Assembly (NCBI GenBank): GCA_963733035.1
Contig: CAVTBU010000005.1
Span: 2,848,001 to 2,912,000, forward strand
Length of the DNA stretch: 64,000 nt
Source: Pirellulales bacterium
GTDB lineage: Bacteria; Planctomycetota; Planctomycetia; Pirellulales; PALSA-1355
Direction: 5' to 3'
Under the pieces are notes generated by a model. The model worked only from the letters and a program-made list of their open reading frames with translations, did no database searches and was not told the origin of the DNA. Shown here in pieces: positions 1 through 11,062 of the stretch. Within the stretch, counting starts at the first letter, position 1, and each line of letters begins with the position of its first letter. The position numbers were made by a program, and so were the translations under genes.

Positions 1-41
1 TTCACCGGATTGCTAGCACTGCCGCGCCGGGCCGGCGATTG

Positions 42-989
42 CTACGTTGCGAGCGGCGGATAAAGGGCGTAGCCGCTGATGCTCGTCTCGACGCAGAACA
101 AGGTCTTGCCGGCGGTGATATACAAGGTCTTCATTTCCGGGCCGGCGAAGGCCAGATTGGTGATCACGTCTTCGGGAATCGGAATGCGGCCGAGCAGCTG
201 GCCCTCGGGTGAGATGACGTAGACCCCGGTTTTGACGGCGGTAGTTTCATGTGGGTTGCGTGTCTTGAGAACGCCGGCGGCCACCCACAGGTTGCCCTGG
301 CGGTCGAGCCGCATGCCGTCGCCGCCGCGGCCTTGGCCGAAATCGAAAACGAGCCGTTGGCCACGGAGCGACCCGTCGTCGGCCACGTCGAAAGCCCAGA
401 TCTTACGATTGCCGCCGGCGACGTTGTGGCTGTCGATCACATACAGCGTGCGATCGTCGGGCGTGATCGCCAGGCCATTCGGCCGGCCGATATCAGGCTG
501 CGAGAGCACGCGGCGCACGTTGGCGCCGTCGATGCAATACACGGCCTCGCAGCCCATCTCCAGGCTGTCGGTCTCGGTCCAGTAGTACGGGTCGGTGAAC
601 CAGATGCGCCCACGGGTATCGACGCAGACGTCGTTGGGCGCGTTGTACCGCTTTCCCTCGAAGCGTTCGGTGAGCACTTCGACCTGGCCGGTCGACAGAT
701 CGGTGCGCACCAGGCGCCGCCGGCCGCCGGGGCCAAACTCGGCCCCTTCGCAACTGATCAGCCGCCCCTGGGCGTCGAAGGTGTTGCCGTTCGTGCGGCC
801 GCTGTCGGCGCGGAACACCGAAACCAGTCCGTCAGTGCCCAGCTTGAGAATGCGATTACCGGCAATGTCGCTGAAATACAAATCGCCGCTGGCATGCCAG
901 GCGGGGCCTTCGAGAAAGCAGACGCCAGCCGCGGTACGAGCTTTCGTATTTGCGGGCACCAAACCAACGGGCAAGTCGACATCGAACAT
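42..989 (-). CDS. SMP-30/gluconolactonase/LRE family protein
   Basis: FLEGPAW, TNGNTFD, APNDV, RPNGLA, GDGMRLD and TNLAFAG beta-propeller motifs typical of the family. Confidence 0.9.
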   Translation of the reverse strand: MFDVDLPVGLVPANTKARTAAGVCFLEGPAWHASGDLYFSDIAGNRILKLGTDGLVSVFRADSGRTNGNTFDAQGRLISCEGAEFGPGGRRRLVRTDLSTGQVEVLTERFEGKRYNAPNDVCVDTRGRIWFTDPYYWTETDSLEMGCEAVYCIDGANVRRVLSQPDIGRPNGLAITPDDRTLYVIDSHNVAGGNRKIWAFDVADDGSLRGQRLVFDFGQGRGGDGMRLDRQGNLWVAAGVLKTRNPHETTAVKTGVYVISPEGQLLGRIPIPEDVITNLAFAGPEMKTLYITAGKTLFCVETSISGYALYPPLAT

Positions 990-1278
990 GGAAACTACCT
1001 CCGCTTGCGATTCCCACGAAAGCTACATCCTAACGGTCTGCGCCGCCAAGAACAGCAGCTGGAACCGCGCGAAGACGAAGCTCCGCCGATCGTGAGGCGG
1101 GTTCCCAAGACGCGCCGGTACAACGTGGCAACGTGTGGCGCGGAGCGTGCTTGCGCCTTTCCGTATCGCCATCCACCGAGGCGCGTCGGGTGTTTGCTGT
1201 CGAGCGGCGTGGCGACGTGTTAAGATATTAAGGGCTGTTTTTGCCCGTGGCATTCGTCGTGGAGTTTTCGGGTTCGGC

Positions 1279-1920
1279 ATGGCACACGCAACCTCTTCCG
1301 ATCAACTGCTCGTCGTGCGCATTCGAGGCGGCGAGGCGGATGCGTGGAACGAGCTCATCGCTCGCTTCGAAGGTCGGCTGCTGGCGTTTGTCGAGGGGCG
1401 TCTGGGTCGGCGCAGTGCCGGCGAGGATGTCGTGCAGGAAACCTTTCTGGGCTTTCTCAACAGCTTGCCGAACTTCGAGGACTCGCGCCCCTTGGAAAGC
1501 TACTTGTTTTCGATTGCCGCGCACAAGCTGACCGATCACTTGCGCCGCGAAGGACGGCGGCCAACGTTGCCGCTGGCCACCGGTTCGAGCGGGGCCGATT
1601 GGGAGCCGCCGGCGGGCGGTCGGGCCGTTTCGAGCATCATGCGCAGCGGCGAACGGCGAGGACTTGAAGAAGCCGCACTGTTGCAAGCACTCAGTGAGCA
1701 ACTCGATCGATTGCGCGGCAAGCGCGAATGGAAGAAGATGGCCTGCCTGGAATTGCTATTCGTGCGCGGCTGGGCCAATCGCGACGTGGCCACGCAGCTC
1801 GACATGTCCGAACAGCAGGTGGCCAACTTCAAGTTCGAGTTTGTTGCCCGGCTTCGCACGCTGGTCCGCAAACAGGGGCTGTCGGAAGACGTGTTTCCGG
1901 AGTTGCACGACAACGCATAG
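1279..1920 (+). CDS. ECF-type RNA polymerase sigma factor
   Basis: Region 2 (AWNELIARF...EDVVQETF...YLFSIAAHKLTDHLRR) and region 4 HTH (NRDVATQLDMSEQQV); ATG 1279 chosen over the upstream ORF start. Confidence 0.85.
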   Translation: MAHATSSDQLLVVRIRGGEADAWNELIARFEGRLLAFVEGRLGRRSAGEDVVQETFLGFLNSLPNFEDSRPLESYLFSIAAHKLTDHLRREGRRPTLPLATGSSGADWEPPAGGRAVSSIMRSGERRGLEEAALLQALSEQLDRLRGKREWKKMACLELLFVRGWANRDVATQLDMSEQQVANFKFEFVARLRTLVRKQGLSEDVFPELHDNA

Positions 1921-1926
1921 CGGACG

Positions 1927-2334
1927 ATGGCGAAATCATTCACACATTCCGATCTGGAAGCCTATCTTGACGAGGCGCTGCCGGTGGAAACCATGGCACG
2001 CATCGAAACCGCCTTGCGCGACGACAAGAAGCTGGCCGAGCAGCTGATGAAGATCAACAGCCGCCGCGACGCAGGCCTGCACTCGCTGGGTGAAGTCTGG
2101 CGCCGCCACCGGCTCACTTGCCCGTCGCGCGAGCAGCTTGGCAGTTTGCTGCTCTCGGTGCTCGAAGACGACGTGGCCGAATACATTCGCTTCCACTTGG
2201 AAGTGTCGGGCTGCCGCACTTGTCGAGCCAATCTGGACGACCTGAAGATGCGGCAAACCGACGAAGCGGCAGCCGTGGAAAGCCGACGGAAGAAGTATTT
2301 TCAATCGAGCGCGGGGCACCTGCGGCGGCCGTGA
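1927..2334 (+). CDS. Putative soluble zinc-finger anti-sigma factor
   Basis: 6 bp after the ECF gene; LEAYLDEAL and CPSREQL...HLEVSGCRTC (ZAS/zf-HC2-like); no TM segment. Confidence 0.65.
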   Translation: MAKSFTHSDLEAYLDEALPVETMARIETALRDDKKLAEQLMKINSRRDAGLHSLGEVWRRHRLTCPSREQLGSLLLSVLEDDVAEYIRFHLEVSGCRTCRANLDDLKMRQTDEAAAVESRRKKYFQSSAGHLRRP

Positions 2335-2475
2335 GCCGTCCGTTGGAGCCAGAAAGGTGATCGGTCAGGGCGACTTGCTGTGACCGGCGCGGCAGGCGAG
2401 AATGTAGCCCGTTGTTTTGCACCTTGAATCGCCCCGCAGCCCCCATGATGCCATGTCTATTTCCGCGCCCTGCGC

Positions 2476-4824
2476 TTGCTCTTGTTCGTTGTTACCTTCG
2501 TTGGACTCTCCCGCTGTTGTGCCGCTCTTGATTTGACGCAGGCCGTGGTTGTCGCTCCGGAGGGGCTGTCGCCCCGCGAGCACAAGGCCGTGGCGATGCT
2601 GGTCGAAGAGGTTGAGAAGCGATCGCACGTGCGTTGGCCAATAGCGACGACCATGCCCGGCGACGCCAAGGCGGTGGTCCGCATTGTGCCGGCGGGTGGG
2701 CGTGAGGTGCCGGTCGAAAAGGCCGAAGGCTTTCAGGTCCGAGTGCGCGACGGACAAGTTGTGGTTTCAGGAAACGACGAGCGCGGCACGCTGTTTGGCG
2801 TTGGTTACCTGTTGCGAAAGCTGCACCTGACGCCAGACAAGGTCGCGCTTGCCGACGAGCTCGAGATTGACACGGCGCCAGCCTATCCATTGCGTGGGCA
2901 TCAGCTGGGCTACCGGCCGAAGACGAACAGCTACGACGCCTGGGATCTGCCGCAGTGGGAGCAGTACTATCGCGACCTGGCGGTGTTCGGCTGTAACGCC
3001 GTGGAGCTGATTCCGCCGCGCAGCGACGACGCGGCCACCAGTCCCCATTTTCCACGACCCCAGTTGGAAATGATGCGGGGAATGTCGCGGCTGGCCGACG
3101 AGTACGGACTGGACGTGTGGATCTGGTATCCGGCGATGGACAAGGACTACGAGAATCCGGCCACCGTGGACTTCGCGCTCAAGGAATGGGAAGTCGTTTA
3201 CAAGGCGTTGCCGCGGATCGATGTGATCTTCGTGCCGGGCGGTGATCCGGGGCACACGCAGCCGAAGTACTTGTTCGGTTTGCTCGAGAAACAAACGGCG
3301 CTTTTGAAGAAGTATCATCCGCACGCGCAGATGTGGATGTCGCCGCAGGGGTTTACCACCGAGTGGGTGGAGGAGTTCTACGGCTTGATGGACGAGGAGC
3401 CCGAGTGGCTGAGCGGGATCGTATTTGGCCCGCAGGTTCGCGCGAGCTTGCCGGCGCTGCGCGAGCGGCTGCCGAAGAAATATCCAATTCGCCATTATCC
3501 AGACATCACCCACAGCCGGCAGAGCCAGTATCCGGTGCCGGATTGGGACCTGGCACACGCCGTGACATCGTCGCGCGAGGCGATCAACCCGCGTCCGACG
3601 CAAGAGGCGGCGATCTTTCGCTTACTGCAGCCCTACACGATCGGCTTCCTCACCTATTCCGAGGGCTGCAACGACGATGTGAACAAGTTCGTGTGGAGCG
3701 GCCTGGGCTGGGACCCCGAAATGCCGGTGGTCGACATCCTGCGAGATTTTGGGGGGTACTTCATCGCCGACGATTATGCCGACGATTTTGCCCAGGGGTT
3801 ATTGGCGCTGGAGCGCAACTGGACCGGCTCGTTGCTGACGAACGAGAACGTATACGTCACGCTCGAACAGTTTCAGGACATGGAGCGGGGTGCCTCGCAG
3901 GCCATGAAGAAGAATTGGCGCTTCCAACAGGCGCTGTATCGCGCGTACTACGACGCCTACGTGCGCGCCCGACTGATTCACGAGACGAATCTCGAGCAGC
4001 GGGCGCTCGACCGGCTGCGGCTGGCCGACCAAGGCGGGGCGCTGGCGGCGATGGACGACGCCGAGAAGATATTGGCCGAGGCCGACCAGCCCATCGCCAC
4101 CGATTGGCGCAAGCGGGTGTTTGAACTGGCGGACGATTTGTTTGCGAGCATTCAGATGCAAACTAGTGTCGGCAAATACAAAGCCATTTCAGTCGACCGC
4201 GGTGCGACGCTCGACACGGTTGACGTGCCACTGAACAATCGCCAGTGGCTCGAACAGCGTTTCGCCGTGCTCCGCCAGACATCGGTCGAGTCCGAACGCC
4301 TCGAAGGGCTCAACGAAATCGTCAACTGGACCGACCCTGGCCCGGGAGGCTTTTACGACGACCTGGGCAAGCTCGACAGTCAGCCCCACCTGGTGCGCGG
4401 GCCGGGATTTGAGAAAGATCCTGCGTTTCTCATTTCGGCCAAGACGGGTTTTGCCGGTTTCGGCCCGATGCGGACGAGTTGGAAGGACCACGCCGAAACG
4501 ATGCTCGACGAGCCTTTGCGGATGCACTACGACGGGCTTGACCCGGCGGCCAGCTATCGGCTGCGCGTTACCTACGGAGGCGACGGGTCCGAGAAACCGA
4601 TCCGCTGCCTGGCCGGAGAATCGATCGAGATCCATCCGTATATCACCAAGAAGCGGCCGGTCGGCCCGGTCGAGTTCGACATTCCCCGCGAGGCAACGCA
4701 AAGCGGAGAGTTGAATCTGAGCTGGCATGGCCCCAAGGGGCGCGGCGGCAACGGGCGGAACGTACAGGTCTCCGAGGTGTGGCTCATCAAGAAGGATGAC
4801 GGCGGAGGGATGAAAGATGGGTAA
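2476..4824 (+). CDS. Secreted hypothetical protein with hexosaminidase/glucuronidase-like N-terminal domain (putative glycoside hydrolase)
   Basis: Signal-peptide-like N-terminus; EGFQVRV...VSGNDERGTLFGVGYLLR...PAYPLRG pattern; true start may be ATG 2453 with an indel near 2465. Confidence 0.55.
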   Translation: MLLFVVTFVGLSRCCAALDLTQAVVVAPEGLSPREHKAVAMLVEEVEKRSHVRWPIATTMPGDAKAVVRIVPAGGREVPVEKAEGFQVRVRDGQVVVSGNDERGTLFGVGYLLRKLHLTPDKVALADELEIDTAPAYPLRGHQLGYRPKTNSYDAWDLPQWEQYYRDLAVFGCNAVELIPPRSDDAATSPHFPRPQLEMMRGMSRLADEYGLDVWIWYPAMDKDYENPATVDFALKEWEVVYKALPRIDVIFVPGGDPGHTQPKYLFGLLEKQTALLKKYHPHAQMWMSPQGFTTEWVEEFYGLMDEEPEWLSGIVFGPQVRASLPALRERLPKKYPIRHYPDITHSRQSQYPVPDWDLAHAVTSSREAINPRPTQEAAIFRLLQPYTIGFLTYSEGCNDDVNKFVWSGLGWDPEMPVVDILRDFGGYFIADDYADDFAQGLLALERNWTGSLLTNENVYVTLEQFQDMERGASQAMKKNWRFQQALYRAYYDAYVRARLIHETNLEQRALDRLRLADQGGALAAMDDAEKILAEADQPIATDWRKRVFELADDLFASIQMQTSVGKYKAISVDRGATLDTVDVPLNNRQWLEQRFAVLRQTSVESERLEGLNEIVNWTDPGPGGFYDDLGKLDSQPHLVRGPGFEKDPAFLISAKTGFAGFGPMRTSWKDHAETMLDEPLRMHYDGLDPAASYRLRVTYGGDGSEKPIRCLAGESIEIHPYITKKRPVGPVEFDIPREATQSGELNLSWHGPKGRGGNGRNVQVSEVWLIKKDDGGGMKDG

Positions 4825-6160
4825 CAGCCTGGGCAAGCTTCTCTTGGCGATTGCCATGCTGGCGGTGTTCGTCCCGTGTTGCCGAGCAGACGATCTGCTG
4901 GTGGGCGCGGCGGCCGAGAATATTCAGGCCGACGACTCGATGGTGATCGGCGGCGGCATCGGACCCGGTAAAGCCACCGGACAGGAGGGGGAACTGCGCG
5001 CCGTGGCCATCGTTGTCGAAAAGCCGGACGCGGGCAAGGTGGCGATCGTGGCTTGCGATGTGCTTTTTGTCGAAAAGGATTTCATCGATCGGGCCCTCGC
5101 GCGGATCGAAAAGTCGACGGGCATTCCGGCATCGGCCGTTCTGGTGAACGCCACGCACACCCATCATGCCCCCACCACCTCGACCGTGCATGGGTATGAG
5201 CGCGAAGAGGAGTTTGTGCGGCGGGTGGAAGACGCCATTGTGCTGGCGGTTGAGGCGGCCAACGGCCAGCGAGAAGACGCCGCGATGTTCTACAAGCTTG
5301 GCGAGGAAGCCACGGTCGGGGCGAACAGCCGAGTGCTCCTTGCCGACAATACGATTTTTTGGATCGGCTCGATGGATGACGCCGTGCGGCATACCGGACC
5401 GTTCGATCCCGAGCTGCCCGTGCTCGCGTTTCGCGCGCCGAACAATAAGCTGCGGGCGCTGCTGTTCAATCATTCGACGCACACCATCGGCACGCGCAAG
5501 CCGGGGGTGCGATCACCCAGCTTCTACGGCCTGGCGGCCCAGGAATTGGAAGCGGAGTTGGGCTGCCCCGTCGAGTTTCTGGAAGGGGCGTCGGGCTCGA
5601 CGCATAACATCACGGGAGTGCCAGTCGATGTGGCAGTCGCGCGGATGAAGAAGGCCGTGACGGATGCCTTGGCCACGACTCAGCGGCAAGAAGTCGATCG
5701 CGTCGTGTCGATCAAGCGCCCCTTCGAGTTCAAGGTCCGCACGTTCGACGAGTCCGTCGAGGACGAGAAGGTTTCCAGCTATTGCCGCAAGCGGGCTGCC
5801 GATCATGCCGATGCGATCATCGAGGTGTTCCGCAACATGCGCCGCAAGCTCAAGCCCGAGCAGGGAAAGACCCGCGAGACGGTATTGCAGGCAATTGTGC
5901 TGGGGGATGTGGCGATCGTGGGCGTGCCGGCCGAGTACTTCACGATCTTTGGCTTGGACATCAAACGCCGCTCGCCGTTTCCGCATACGATTGTGGCCGA
6001 GCTGGCGAACGATTGGATTGGTTACCTGCCGAATCTGGAGGCGCACCAGTTCGGCGGCTATCAAACCTGGATGGGATTGCACAGCTATGCCGAACAAGGG
6101 ACGGGCGAACGCATGGCTGATGAAGTGGTGAAAATGCTCGAAGAGTTGGCCGGACACTGA
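4817..6160 (+). CDS. Neutral/alkaline ceramidase-like secreted hydrolase
   Basis: Signal peptide; NATHTHHAP, FNHSTH, GVPAEYF and ELANDWIGYLP motifs; overlaps the upstream stop. Confidence 0.65.
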   Translation: MGNSLGKLLLAIAMLAVFVPCCRADDLLVGAAAENIQADDSMVIGGGIGPGKATGQEGELRAVAIVVEKPDAGKVAIVACDVLFVEKDFIDRALARIEKSTGIPASAVLVNATHTHHAPTTSTVHGYEREEEFVRRVEDAIVLAVEAANGQREDAAMFYKLGEEATVGANSRVLLADNTIFWIGSMDDAVRHTGPFDPELPVLAFRAPNNKLRALLFNHSTHTIGTRKPGVRSPSFYGLAAQELEAELGCPVEFLEGASGSTHNITGVPVDVAVARMKKAVTDALATTQRQEVDRVVSIKRPFEFKVRTFDESVEDEKVSSYCRKRAADHADAIIEVFRNMRRKLKPEQGKTRETVLQAIVLGDVAIVGVPAEYFTIFGLDIKRRSPFPHTIVAELANDWIGYLPNLEAHQFGGYQTWMGLHSYAEQGTGERMADEVVKMLEELAGH

Positions 6161-6164
6161 TGTC

Positions 6165-9119
6165 ATGCAGCAGTGGTTGCGACTTGCGTGTGGAGCAATT
6201 CTGGCAAGCGGATTGTCAAACGCCGCGGAGCCGGAGATTCGCAATACACCGCTTTCGCCGGACGAGGAACTGGCTACGTTTCAACTGGCCGACAAGCGGC
6301 TGACGGTCGACCTGGTGGCGGCCGAACCCGAGGTCGATAGTCCCGTGGCCATTTGCTGGGACGCCGACGCCCGAATGTACGTGGCCGAGATGATCGACTA
6401 TCCGATCGGTCCGCCGGCCGGGCGAGTCAGTGTGCTTGAAGACCGCGACGGGGATGGTCGCTACGAACATGCCACGGTATTTGCCCAGGGTTTGCCGTTT
6501 CCCAACGGCCTGCTGGCGGCCCGCGGCGGTTTGTTCGTCACGGCGGCCCCGGACCTGTTGTTTCTGCAAGACACTGACGGGGACGGCGTGGCCGACAAAA
6601 AGGTTGTCGTCTTCACTGGCTTTGGCGAAGGCAACCAACAACTGCGGGCAAACGGGCTGACCTGGGGGCTGGACGGGTGGATCTACGGCGCCAACGGTCG
6701 CAGCGACGGCGCGATCCGCCGTCCGGAAGATCCGCCGGAGAAAGCCGTATCGATTCGCGGCTGCGATTTCCGTTTCACGCCCGACGGCCGGCAATTCGAG
6801 GCGACCAGCGGCCAGAGTCAATTCGGCCAGTCGAGCGACGATTGGGGAAACCGGTTTCTCTCCTGGAATACGATTCCGATTCGTCACGCGCTGCTGGACC
6901 GCGCGTTTGTCGAGCGCAACCCACGGCTGGCAATGTATGCCGTGCGCGACATTGCCGATCCGACGGACGACGGCCGGGTGTATCCCATCAGTCCCCGACC
7001 CAAGACGTTCAACCGCGAGCGAACCGATTTTTTCAACGCGCTGGCTGGAATGACGGTTTACCGTGGCGACGCCTTGGGGCGCGATTACGGCGATAGCGCC
7101 TTCATGGGTGAATCGCTGACGAACCTGGTACACCGCCGGACGCTGATGCCGAGCGGCGCTACCTTTATCTCGCGCCGAAGCGAGCACGATCGCGAATTTT
7201 TGGCTTCGACGGACCCTTGGTTTCATCCGGTGTTTCTCACCACCGGTCCGGATGGTTCGCTCTATGTGGTTGATTTCTACCGCCGTTGGGTTGAGCACCC
7301 GGCGTTTGTGGCGGAGTCGCTGCGAGGCGACGTCGATTGGCGGGAGGGGGCCGGCCACGGGCGAATCTGGAAGGTGAGCCGCCGCGAAAACACCTGGCCG
7401 CCCCGTCCGCAGCCCAAGCTTTCCGCGGCGCCCAGTATTGAACTGGTCAGGCAGCTCGAATCTTTCAATGGCTGGCGGCGCGACACGGCTCACCGGTTGC
7501 TCCTGGAACGCCGCGACGAGAAGGCCGTGCCACTGGTGCGCGCGGTGCTTACCAACAGCCGCTTACCGCAGGCCAAGGTGCACGCGCTGTCGATTCTCAA
7601 CGCGTTGGGAGAACTTGACGATGGTCTGCTGCTGCGCGGAACCGAAGACGGCGAAGCCCACGTGCGGCAAGTCGCGATGCGATTGGCCGCGCCGCGACTG
7701 GCAGCCTCGCCGCGGCTTCGCGAAGCCCTGGTCGGGATGACCGACTTTCCATCTCCGCTTACGCGTTTTCAGCTGGCCTTGTCTTTGGCCGGCGTCGAGG
7801 GTCCCGACAAGATTGCATCGCTGGTGAAACTGGCCGACCTGGAATCGCGCGACGAAATCATTGGCGTCGCAATCGTCGGCAGCCTGGGGAGTTCGGCCGG
7901 TGGATTCCTGATGGAACTGATCAAGCAACATCCCGATTGGCGGCGTGGCCCCGGCGTGGATCAGATGCGGTTGCTGCGCGATGCGGCCGCGGCAGTCGCC
8001 GTCGGAAAAAACGATCAACAACTCGCCGCCTGCTTTCAAGCAATCGCGCCGCGGCAGGCGGCCGACGTGGGCCCGGGCGATTTGTCGATATTGACCGGGT
8101 TTGCACAGGGGATCGCCGATCGCGGCTATTCGCTGCGCGCCTTGTTGGCCGAGCCGCCCGAGGGCCTGAAGCCGCATGTACCGGCACTCAACCTGTTGCT
8201 GGCGGCCGCACGGTCGCTGGCGGCAAACGAGCATGAGGCGCTCGAACATCGCCTGGCGGCGATCGAGGTGCTGGGGCTTTGCGACGCGGCCAGCGGACCG
8301 GTGCTGTTGGAACTGCTCGATCCACGGCACGCGCAGCCGCTGCAGTCGGCCGCGGCCGCCGCGCTGTCGCAAACCGATGCCGAAACGGCCGAAAAGATGT
8401 TTGCCCGCTGGAACGAGTTGACGATTGCCACGCGCCGTGCGCTCGTGTCCGCGGCCCTGCGTTCGACGACGACGATCGCCGCGCTATTGTCGGCCATCGA
8501 GACCGAACAGGTGCTGGCCCGCGAACTCGATCCGGCGTCGCGCGATGCGCTGTTGGCGGTGCGCGACCCGGCGCTCGAACCGCGAATCAAGGAGCTGCTT
8601 CGATCGCAGGCGGCCGGTCGCAACCGCGACGAAGTCGTGGCCCGCTTCACGGCCGCTCTCGAGAAGGATGGCGATCGGTCGCATGGCGCGGCCCTGTTCG
8701 AAAAACACTGTCTCGTCTGCCACACCGTGCAAACGCGCGGCAATCGCGTGGGTCCGGATCTGTCGGGCGTGGGAGCTCGGCCGCGGGAAACGCTTTTGGT
8801 CGACTTGTTCGATCCCAGCAAGCAAGTGACGCCGGAGTACGTGGCCTACACGCTGCTGACGCGCGAGGGCCAGGTGATGAGCGGCGTGTTGGTATCCGAG
8901 ACGCCAACCAGCGTTACTCTGCGCAGGGCCGAAGGGTCGCAGGATTTCGTCCGCCGCGATCAGATTGAATCGCTGAGATCCACCGGCAAATCGCTCATGC
9001 CCGAAGGGCTGGAACAGGACCTGAGCGAAACGGACATCGCCGATTTACTGGCGTTCCTGGCCGACCCGAATGCCGCGCTGTTTTCCAAACCCGTAATGCC
9101 GCAAACCGGGTCGCCGTAG
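6165..9119 (+). CDS. PVC-type heme-binding CxxCH protein (membrane-bound dehydrogenase-like propeller, HEAT repeats, cytochrome c)
   Basis: AAEPEVDSPVAICWD, GPDGSLYVVD, CLVCH, VGPDL and SLMPEGLE motifs. Confidence 0.9.
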   Translation: MQQWLRLACGAILASGLSNAAEPEIRNTPLSPDEELATFQLADKRLTVDLVAAEPEVDSPVAICWDADARMYVAEMIDYPIGPPAGRVSVLEDRDGDGRYEHATVFAQGLPFPNGLLAARGGLFVTAAPDLLFLQDTDGDGVADKKVVVFTGFGEGNQQLRANGLTWGLDGWIYGANGRSDGAIRRPEDPPEKAVSIRGCDFRFTPDGRQFEATSGQSQFGQSSDDWGNRFLSWNTIPIRHALLDRAFVERNPRLAMYAVRDIADPTDDGRVYPISPRPKTFNRERTDFFNALAGMTVYRGDALGRDYGDSAFMGESLTNLVHRRTLMPSGATFISRRSEHDREFLASTDPWFHPVFLTTGPDGSLYVVDFYRRWVEHPAFVAESLRGDVDWREGAGHGRIWKVSRRENTWPPRPQPKLSAAPSIELVRQLESFNGWRRDTAHRLLLERRDEKAVPLVRAVLTNSRLPQAKVHALSILNALGELDDGLLLRGTEDGEAHVRQVAMRLAAPRLAASPRLREALVGMTDFPSPLTRFQLALSLAGVEGPDKIASLVKLADLESRDEIIGVAIVGSLGSSAGGFLMELIKQHPDWRRGPGVDQMRLLRDAAAAVAVGKNDQQLAACFQAIAPRQAADVGPGDLSILTGFAQGIADRGYSLRALLAEPPEGLKPHVPALNLLLAAARSLAANEHEALEHRLAAIEVLGLCDAASGPVLLELLDPRHAQPLQSAAAAALSQTDAETAEKMFARWNELTIATRRALVSAALRSTTTIAALLSAIETEQVLARELDPASRDALLAVRDPALEPRIKELLRSQAAGRNRDEVVARFTAALEKDGDRSHGAALFEKHCLVCHTVQTRGNRVGPDLSGVGARPRETLLVDLFDPSKQVTPEYVAYTLLTREGQVMSGVLVSETPTSVTLRRAEGSQDFVRRDQIESLRSTGKSLMPEGLEQDLSETDIADLLAFLADPNAALFSKPVMPQTGSP

Positions 9120-9227
9120 GCAAGCCGCTGCGCTTGCGCCGGTACGTCACTTGATGCCAATGGCCGCAAGAATTCCGCCTGGCGTGCGACTCTGGGCCGG
9201 CTGTAGCGGTTGTAATGGCTAGTCCGG

Positions 9228-9277
9228 GTGCCAACTTTCGACAATCGGTCCGGAAAGCACGTGCCAACTTCTCGACA
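9228..9277. promoter_or_regulatory. Tandem imperfect repeat, candidate transcription-factor sites
   Basis: GTGCCAACTTTCGACA (9228-9243) and GTGCCAACTTCTCGACA (9261-9277), 33 bp apart, upstream of the 9346 gene. Confidence 0.45.
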
Positions 9278-9345
9278 TGCGAGCTATCTTTAGATACACA
9301 TCCTGTAGAGCCGCATTCGCGGACGCCAACTTGGAGATAGCAACA

Positions 9346-9712
9346 ATGATGGGCCACTCGGCAACGGTGCTCTTCGCGCTGGCCACGATGGCTACCGCTC
9401 CCGACACAAAGGTGTCGTCGATCACCCACGACAGGATGCCTGTGGGGCAGGCATTTCAAATTGAAACCGCGGACCACGTCTATCGCGGTCAGCTCTTGGA
9501 TCGCAAGACGGGTGAATGTCAGATGATGATGTCGTCCGACGGGACCACGTTCTCGCCCTCGCGGACCATCTACTTGCTTGGCGCCACGGCCGGACCGCAG
9601 GACCGGCAGACGCTGATCCTGATGCACCAGGTCAAGGTCGGTCTGAAGATGGAGCTGGGTATCGACGACCTCGAGCAAAAGAACCGCTTGATCACCGGCG
9701 AAGTTAAAACGA

Positions 9713-9729
<17 letters not shown>
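9346..9729 (+). CDS. Small secreted hypothetical protein
   Basis: GGAG upstream of ATG 9346; signal-peptide-like N-terminus; coding-like codon use. Confidence 0.7.
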
Positions 9730-10893
<1,164 letters not shown>

Positions 10894-11062
10894 GGCGATG
10901 CTTTTCTCGCAATTCTACCAACGCCGGCGAAACGCCGGCACCTCCAGTCAATTGGCGGGATTCGACGCGCTGGCTGCCAAACGGGCTGCGGGGCGCGGTA
11001 TCATGGGACGCAGCGCTGGATGTTTCAATTCTCGGGCCTGGCAAGTTCGCCGCACGACTGCG

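Noticed and set aside
8995..9712. Long C-terminal extension of the cysteine desulfurase
   Set aside because: Frameshift read-through antisense to the 9346-9729 gene; the normal C-terminus is in another frame
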